Part shown: positions 13,751 through 20,617 of the stretch, in pieces
How positions within the stretch are numbered: position 1 is the first letter of the stretch
Layout of the letters: the number at the start of each line of letters is the position of its first letter
Source: Utricularia gibba
Taxonomy: Eukaryota; Plantae; Magnoliophyta
Assembly: GCA_002189035.1 (NCBI GenBank)
Contig: NEEC01000138.1
Span: 1 to 20,617, forward strand
Length of the DNA stretch: 20,617 nucleotides
Reading direction: 5' to 3'
Position numbers and translations under genes: made by a program
The notes under the pieces: generated by a model
What the model saw: the letters and a program-made list of their open reading frames with translations, nothing else
The model's database searches: none
Told to the model about the DNA's origin: nothing

Positions 13751-14042
13751 TTTGGGGTGCTCATGACATCCTAACTTCAATAAATGCATCACGATTTTCG
13801 TCGAATAGGACCCGATTGGGCTCAGGAGTCGAACCGAACCTTGGGTCCGGACGAACTTCCCAATGAAAGCACCCACCAAAAACGACAAGCTTTTCCTTCA
13901 GAAACCATGTAAGCAGCTGCCGAAAACCCAACGTTAATAAATGGATCACTTTTTTTCCCGGGCTACAAATGACTATGGGCCCGAGCCCGACCCGACCTCC
14001 GGCCCGATCCTGGTGCCCCTCGAGAGCGCCTCCTCAAATATA

Positions 14043-14200
14043 AAGCTTGTGGATGAGAAAACCATTTGGGGTGCTCATGACATCCTAACTTCAATAAATG
14101 CATCACGATTTTCGTCGAATAGGACCCGATTGGGCTCAGGAGTCGAACCGAACCTTGGGTCCGGACGAACTTCCCAACGAAAGCACCCACCAAAAACGAC
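14043..14200 (+). repeat. Representative monomer A (158 bp) of the dimeric unit
   Basis: Starts aagcttgtggatgagaaaaccattt, ends aaaaacgac. Aligns end to end with monomer B (14201-14356), about 92/158 identities by hand. Confidence 0.9.
14139..14149 (-). promoter_or_regulatory. Pol III B-box-like motif GGTTCGACTCC (representative copy; present once per unit in monomer A)
   Basis: Plus-strand ggagtcgaacc reverse-complements to GGTTCGACTCC, matching the tRNA-gene B-box consensus GGTTCGANTCC. No convincing A-box or cloverleaf found, so function is unsupported. Confidence 0.2.
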
Positions 14201-14356
14201 AAGCTTTTCCTTCAGAAACCATGTAGGCAGCTGCCGAAAACCCAACGTTAATAAATGGATCACTTTTTTTGCCGGGCTACAAATGACTATGGGCCCGAGC
14301 CCGACCCGACCTCCGGCCCGATCCTGGTGCCCCTCGAGAGCGCCTCCTCAAATATA
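14201..14356 (+). repeat. Representative monomer B (156 bp) of the dimeric unit
   Basis: Starts aagcttttccttcagaaaccatgt, ends cctcaaatata. Shares aac.t.aataaatg.atcac..tttt and ccc..cga.agc.cc blocks with monomer A at matching offsets. Confidence 0.9.
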
Positions 14357-15112
14357 AAGCTTGTGGATGAGAAAACCATTTGGGGTGCTCATGACATCCT
14401 AACTTCAATAAATGCATCACGATTTTCGTCGAATAGGACCCGATTGGGCTCAGGAGTCGAACCGAACCTTGGGTCCGGACGAACTTCCCAACGAAAGCAC
14501 CCACCAAAAACGACAAGCTTTTCCTTCAGAAACCATGTAAGCAGCTGCCGAAAACCCAACGTTAATAAATGGATCACTTTTTTTGCCGGGCTACAAATGA
14601 CTATGGCCCGAGCCCGACCGACCTCCGGCCCGATCCTGGTGCCCCTCGAGAGCGCCTCCTCAAATATAAAGCTTGTGGATGAGAAAACCATTTGGGGTGC
14701 TCATGACATCCTAACTTCAATAAATGCATCACGATTTTCGTCGAATAGGACCCGATTGGGCTCAGGAGTCGAACCGAACCTTGGGTCCGGACGAACTTCC
14801 CAACGAAAGCACCCACCAAAAACGACAAGCTTTTCCTTCAGAAACCATGTAGGCAGCTGCCGAAAACCCAACGTTAATAAATGGATCACTTTTTTTTGCG
14901 GGCTACAAATGACTATGGGCCCGAGCCCGACCCGACCTCCGGCCCGATCCTGGTGCCCCTCGAGAGCGCCTCCTCAAATAAAAAGCTGTGGTTGAGAAAA
15001 CCATTTGGGGTGCTCATGACATCCTAACTTCAATAAATGCATCACGATTTTCGTCGAATAGGACCCGATTGGGCTCAGGAGTCGAACCGAACCTTGGGTC
15101 CGGACGAACTTC

Positions 15113-16570
15113 CCAACAGACAAGCTGAAACCATCATTGGATCACTACAAATGACTATTAAGATGCCAACGCAGAACCCGAAGGAGTCGAACCGAAACGA
15201 ACATTTTCCTTCAGAAACATGTATGTGGATCACTTTTTTTGCCGGGCTACAAATGACCGACCTCCGCCCGATCCTGGTGCGAGAGCGCCTCCTCAAATAA
15301 AATCCCGATGCATCACGATTTTCGTCCCCGATAGGAGTCGTTGGGTCCTCCCATGACATAGAGCAAGCACTTTTTTTGTGGATCCTGGTGCCCCTCGAGA
15401 GCGCCTCCTCAACCCATTTGGGGTGCTCATGACATCCTAACTTCAATAAATGCATCACGATTTTCGTCGAATAGGACCCGATTGGGCTCAGGTCGAACCG
15501 AACCTTGGGTCCGGAGAACTTCCCAATGAAAGCACCCACCAAAAACGACAAGCTTTTCCTTCAGAAACCATGTAGGCAGCTGCCGAAAACCAACGTTAAT
15601 AAATGGATCACTTTTTTTGCCGGGCTACAAATGACTATGGCCCGAACCCGACCTCCGAAGAGCGCCTCCTCAAATATAAAGCTTGTGGATGAGAAAACCA
15701 TTTGGGGTGCTCATGACATCCTAACTTCAATAAATGCATCACGATTTTCGTCGAATAGGACCCGATTGGGCTCAGGAGTCGAACCGAACCTTGGGTCCGG
15801 ACGAGAAAGCACCCACCAAAAACGACAAGCTTTTCCTTCAGAAACATGTAGGCAGCTGCCGAAAACCCAACGTTAATAAATGGATCACTTTTTTTCCCGG
15901 GCTACAAATGACTATGGGCCCGAGCCCGACCCGACCTCCGGCCCGATCCTGGTGCCCTCGAGAGCGCCTCCTCAAATATAAAGCTTGTGGATGAGAAAAC
16001 CATTTGGGGTGCTCATGACATCCTAACTTCAATAAATGCATCACGATTTTCGTCGAATAGGACCCGATTGGGCTCAGGAGTCGAACGAACCTTGGGTCCG
16101 GACGAGAAAGCACCCAACCAAAAACGACAAGCTTTTCTTCAGAAACCATGTAGGCAGCTGCCGAAAACCCAACGTTAATAAATGGATCACTTTTTTTGAC
16201 AAATGACTATGGGCCCGAACCGACCCCGGCCCGATCCTGGTGCCCCTCGAGAGCGCCTCCTCAAATAAAAAGCTTGTGGTTGAGAAAACCATTTGGGGTG
16301 CTCATGACATCCTAACTTCAATAAATGCATCACGATTTTCGTCGAATAGGACCCGATTGGGCTCAGGAGTCGAACCGAACCTTGGGTCCGGATGAACTTC
16401 CCAACGAAAGCACCCACCAAAAACGACAAGCTTTTCCTTCAGAAAAATGTAGCAGCTGCCGAAAACCCAACGTTAATAAATGGATCACTTTTTTTGCCGG
16501 GCTACAAATGACTATGGGCCCGAGCCCGACCCGACCTCCGGCCCGATCCTGGTGCCCCTCGAGAGCGCCT
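15113..16570 (+). repeat. Disrupted segment (15113-15420) followed by mostly intact units with small deletions
   Basis: Condensed fragments at 15115-15420. Units at about 15700-16560 are recognisable but carry 10-35 bp deletions. Confidence 0.85.
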
Positions 16571-19550
16571 CCTCAAATAAAAAGCCCCTCGAGCATCACG
16601 ATTTTCGTCGAATAGGACCCGATTGGCTCAGGAGTCGATCCGGAAAAACTTAGATGTAGGCAGCTGCCGATGGATCACTTTTTTTGCCGGGCTACAAATG
16701 ACTATGGGCCCGAGCCCGACCCGACCTCCGGCCCGATCCTGGTGCCCCTCGAGAGCGCCTCCTCAGCTCCCTGACATCCTAACTTCAATAAATGCATCAC
16801 GATTTGGGTCCGAATAGGACCCGATTGGGCGCCAGTCGAACCGAACCTTGGGTCCGGATGAACTTCCCAACGAAAGCACCCTGAAAACAACCCAACGCAC
16901 TTTTCCTTCAGAAACAAGAAGCTACTATGGCAACGATTAATAGGACCCGATTGGATCGACTTACCTTCCCAATTCCTGGGCCCCTCGATGGGCCCGAGCC
17001 CGACCCGACCTCCGGCCCGATCCTGGTGCCCCTCGAGAGCGCCTCCTCAAATAAAAACCATATGGGATGTCCCGATTTCAGGAGTCGAACTTGACCTGTC
17101 CTGGTCAGCTGCTCACTACGACTTTCCTCGTCGCATGATATGGGATTTTCGATAGGACCCGATGGGCTCAGGAGTCGAACCGAACCTTGGGTCCGGACGG
17201 TTGGTAGTTCACTACAAATGACTACTAAAGCGAAAGCACCCGACCAGCGAAATAGGACCCGATTGGGCTCAGGAGTCGAACCGAACCTTGGGTCCGGACG
17301 AACTTCCCAATGAAAGCACCAACCAAAAACGACAAGCTTTTCCTTCAGAAACATGTAGGCAGCTGCCGAAAACCCAACGTTAATAAATGGATCACTTTTT
17401 TTGACTATGGGAGCTATCCTGGTGCCCCTCGAGAGCGCCTCCTCATGACCATATGGCATCACGAGTCCCGATTGGGCTCCGAACCTCCGGCCAGATCCTA
17501 GTGCAGCTGCCTCGAGAGCGCCTCCTCAGAATAAAAAGTTGTGGATTTGAACAACCAATAAATGCATGATTTTCGTCGAATAGTGCTCATGACATCCTGA
17601 ACTTCAGAAAATGTAAGCTGCCGATGCATCACGATTTTCGTTGAACGACACCCGATTGGACAATAGTAGGAGTCGAACCGAACCTTGCCGGAAAACTTAA
17701 TAAAGCACCCACCCTAAGAACACTATGGCATCACGAGTCCCCGATAGGCGAACCTCCGGACGAACGATTAATAAATCACTTTTTTTGCCCGAGGGCTCCT
17801 CAAATGACTATGGGATGTCCGAAACGACATTTGGGGTGCTCATGCCTCCTAGAGCAATCCTCAATGCATCACTGATGGAATAGGACCCGAAGGAGTCGAA
17901 CAACCTTGGGTGGGGTGCCATGACCATCGACACTTTAAGAAACAATCAGGCATTTTCGTCGAATAGGACCCGATGGGCTCAGGAGTCGAACCCAACGTTG
18001 GTAAATGGATCACTTTTTTTGCGGCTACCCAAAAATGACTATGGGGCCCCGAACAATCCGGAGGATGTGCCGAAAAACCAACGAGCGCCTCCTCAAATAA
18101 AAGTTGTGGTGGAAAACCATTTGGGGTGCTCATGACATCCTAACTTCAAAAAATGCATCACGATTTTCGTCGAATAGGACCCGATTGGGCTCAGGAGTCG
18201 AACCGAACCTTGGGTCCGGACGAACTTCCAATGAAAGCACCTCCCAAAAACGACAAGCTTTTCCTTCAGAAACATGTAGCAGCTGCCGAAAACCCGACCT
18301 TTTTTTCCGGCCCGATCCGGCCCGATCCTGGTGCCCCTCGAGAGCGCCTCCTCAAATATAAAGCTTGTGGATGAGAAAACCATTTGGGGATTTTCGTCTC
18401 AGGATCCCGAATTTGGGCTCAGGAGTCGAACCGAACCTTGGGTCCGGATGAACTTCCCAACGAAAGCACCCAACCAAAAACGACAAGCTTTTCCTTCAGA
18501 AACCATGTAGGCAGCTGCCGAAAACCAACGTTAATAAATGGATCACTTTTTTTCCCGGGCTACAAATGACTATGGGCCCGAGCCCGACCCGACCTCCGGC
18601 CCGATCCTGTGCCCCTCGAGAGCGCCTCTCAAATATAAAGCTTGTGGATGAGAAAACCATTTGGGTGCTCATGACATCCTAACTTCAATAAATGCATCAC
18701 GATTTTCGTCGAATAGGACCCGATGAGGAGTCGAACAACCTTGGGTCGGATTTGGGGCTGCTCACTGCCGACATCCTAACTTCAATAAAGTGCCATCTCA
18801 CGCATTTTTCGTCGAATAGGACCCGATTGGGCTCGAACCGGGATGTCGAACCGAACCCTTGGTGCCGGACGAACTTCCCAACTATGAACGAGCGACCCAC
18901 GCAAAATAACTTGACAAGACATTTTCCATTCAGGAAACCCAACGTTGTCAGCTAGACTGCCGAAAACCCAACGTAATAAATGGATCACTTTTTTCCCGGG
19001 CCCGATATCGAAATGATGAACTATGACAAGCCCGAGCCCGACCCGACCTTTCCGCCCTGCCGATCCTGGTGCCCCTCGAGAGCGCCTCCTCGAGAGAAAT
19101 ATAAAGCTCACGATGGATGGAGAAAGGAGTCGAACAACCTTGGGTTCGGATGAACTTCCCAACGAAAGCACCCACCAAAAACGACAAGCTTTCCTTCAGA
19201 AACAATGTAGGCAGCTGCCGAAAACCCAACGTTAATAAATGGATCACTTTTTTGCCGGGCTACAAATGACTATGGGCCCGAGCCCGACCCGACCTCCGGC
19301 CATCCTAGTGCGATTTTGTGGTTGAAAACCATTTGGGTGCTCATGACATCCTAACTTCAATAAATGCATCACGATTTTCGTGAATAGGACCCGATTGGGC
19401 TCAGGAGTCGAACCGAACCTTGGTCCGGAAAACCCAACGAACACTTTCCCAAAACTATGAACCCGAGCACCCACCAAAAACGTGGACCAAGACATTTTCC
19501 ATTCAGAAACGAACATTGGGTAGAACAGAACTGCCGAAACACAGCCCGAA
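16571..19550 (+). repeat. Most degenerate block: scrambled, condensed and A/B-hybrid copies of the unit
   Basis: Short unit-derived words (gagcgcctcctc, ggagtcgaacc, ggatcactttt, gcatcacga) persist but periodicity is lost over 16580-18110 and 18720-19550, with intact islands near 17250-17400 and 18110-18720. Confidence 0.8.
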
Positions 19551-20617
19551 AACCCAACGTTAATAAATGGATCACTTTTTTTGCCGGGCTACAAATGACT
19601 ATGGGCCCGAGCCCGACCCGACCCGGCCCGATCCTGGTGCCCCTCGAGAGCGCCTCCTCAAATATAAAGCTTGTGGATGAGAAAACCATTTGGGTGCTCA
19701 TGACATCCTAACTTCAATAAATGCATCACGATTTTCGTCGAATAGGACCCGATTGGCTCAGGAGTCGAACCGAACCTTGGGTCCGGACGAACTTCCCAAC
19801 GAAAGCACCCAACCAAAAACGACAAGCTTTTCCTTCAGAAACCATGTAGGCAGCTGCCGAAAACCCAACGTTAATAAATGGATCACTTTTTTGCCGGGCT
19901 ACAAATGACTGGGCCGAGCCCGACCCGACCTCCGGCCCGATCCTGGTGCCCCTCGAGAGCGCCTCCTCAAATATAAAGCTTGTGGATGAGAAAACCATTT
20001 GGGGTGCTCATGACATCCTAACTTCAAAAATGCATCACGATTTTCGTCGAATAGGACCGATTGGGCTCAGGAGTCGAACCGAACCTTGGGTCCGGACGAA
20101 CTTCCCAATGAAAGCACCCACCAAAAACGACAAGCTTTTCCTTCAGAAACCATGTAGGCAGCTGCCGAAAACCCAACGTTAATAAATGGATCACTTTTTT
20201 TCCCGGGCTACAAATGACTATGGGCCCGAGCCCGACCCGACCTCCGGCCCGATCCTGGTGCCCTCGAGAGCGCCTCCTCAAATATAAAGCTTGTGGATGA
20301 GAAAACCATTTGGGGTGCTCATGACATCCTAACTTCAATAAATGCATCACGATTTTCGTCGAATAGGACCCGATTGGGCTCAGGAGTCGAACCGAACCTT
20401 GGTCCGGACGAACTTCCCAATGAAAGCACCCAACCAAAAACGACAAGCTTTTCCTTCAGAAACCATGTAGCAGCTGCCGAAAACCCAACGTTAATAAATG
20501 ATCACTTTTTTTGCCGGGCTACAAATGACTATGGCCCGAGCCCGACCCGACCTCCGCCCGATCCTGGTGCCCCTCGAGAGCGCCTCCTCAAATAAAAAGC
20601 ATGTGTTGAGAAAAACC
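19551..20617 (+). repeat. Homogeneous block resuming regular units to the window end
   Basis: About 3.4 regular units of ~308-312 bp. Confidence 0.92.

Larger units (their letters stand above)
13751..15112 (+). repeat. Near-perfect block (about 4 units, 312-314 bp)
   Basis: Fewest indels in the window. Used to derive the 314-bp reference unit. Confidence 0.95.
1..20617 (+). repeat. Tandem satellite-type array, ~314-bp unit, head-to-tail, single orientation; extends beyond both window edges
   Basis: The motif aaaccatttggggtgctcatgacatcc recurs at 1, 312, 618, 928, 1241, 1548, 1858, 2163, 2475 ... 7751 and onward to the window end. The clean unit 14043-14356 is 314 bp with 160 G+C (51%). No long unique sequence occurs anywhere. 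Strand label is arbitrary. Confidence 0.98.

Noticed and set aside
14169-14185. CENP-B-box-like word on the minus strand (TTCGTTGGGAAGTTC vs human TTCGTTGGAAACGGG)
   Set aside because: It lacks the essential CGGG and the conserved central A, so it would not be a functional CENP-B box.
14291-14325. (C)CCGA micro-repeat in monomer B (cccgagcccgacccgacctccggcccga)
   Set aside because: Short low-complexity tract, likely slippage-derived. It mainly explains local indel noise.
14043-14356. Viroid, retrozyme or hammerhead-containing satellite, suggested by the ~310-nt unit size
   Set aside because: No CTGANGA core on either strand (closest is CTGAAGGA on the minus strand), no recognisable pospiviroid central conserved region, and the diverged-dimer structure fits satellite DNA better. 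A covariance-model search was not run.
14043-14356. 5S rDNA or tRNA gene tandem array
   Set aside because: Only an 8-nt match (TGGGAAGT) to plant 5S. Around the B-box no acceptor, D or anticodon stems form at tRNA spacing.
17061-17820. ggatgtc (reverse complement of gacatcc) as a possible micro-inversion
   Set aside because: Only 7 bp with no extended reverse-strand match. No inversion of the array is visible in the window.
216-20595. All listed ORFs (61-246 aa, both strands), including 9377-10012, 14255-14995 and 16908-17462
   Set aside because: They are the same repeat-derived peptides in rotating frames. The 314-bp unit is not a multiple of 3, homopolymer indels shift frames freely, and no domain is recognisable.
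1-20617. CRISPR array
   Set aside because: There are no unique spacers. The entire unit repeats.
1-20617. Rolling-circle or MDA concatemer of a single small circle
   Set aside because: A near 50:50 interspersed substitution, a linked variant haplotype and a deletion shared by two adjacent units indicate multiple distinct templates. Not fully excluded without raw data.

Overview
The whole 20.6 kb window is one head-to-tail, single-orientation tandem repeat array (satellite-type DNA) with a unit of about 314 bp and about 51% GC, roughly 66 unit-lengths in total. I find no credible protein-coding gene, RNA gene, transposon or CRISPR array, and all listed ORFs are re-translations of the same repeat in shifting frames. 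The main hidden structure is that the 314-bp unit is a dimer of two diverged monomers (A = 158 bp, B = 156 bp, about 58% identical by hand alignment, both starting AAGCTT), i.e. a higher-order repeat of nucleosome-sized subunits resembling eukaryotic centromeric/heterochromatic satellites. Monomer A carries an exact match to the Pol III B-box consensus on the minus strand. Clean blocks alternate with disrupted blocks containing condensed, A/B-chimeric and rearranged copies that share recurrent junctions. These may be real rearrangements, but much of the pattern fits long-read/consensus artefacts. Organism and satellite family cannot be identified from the sequence alone.
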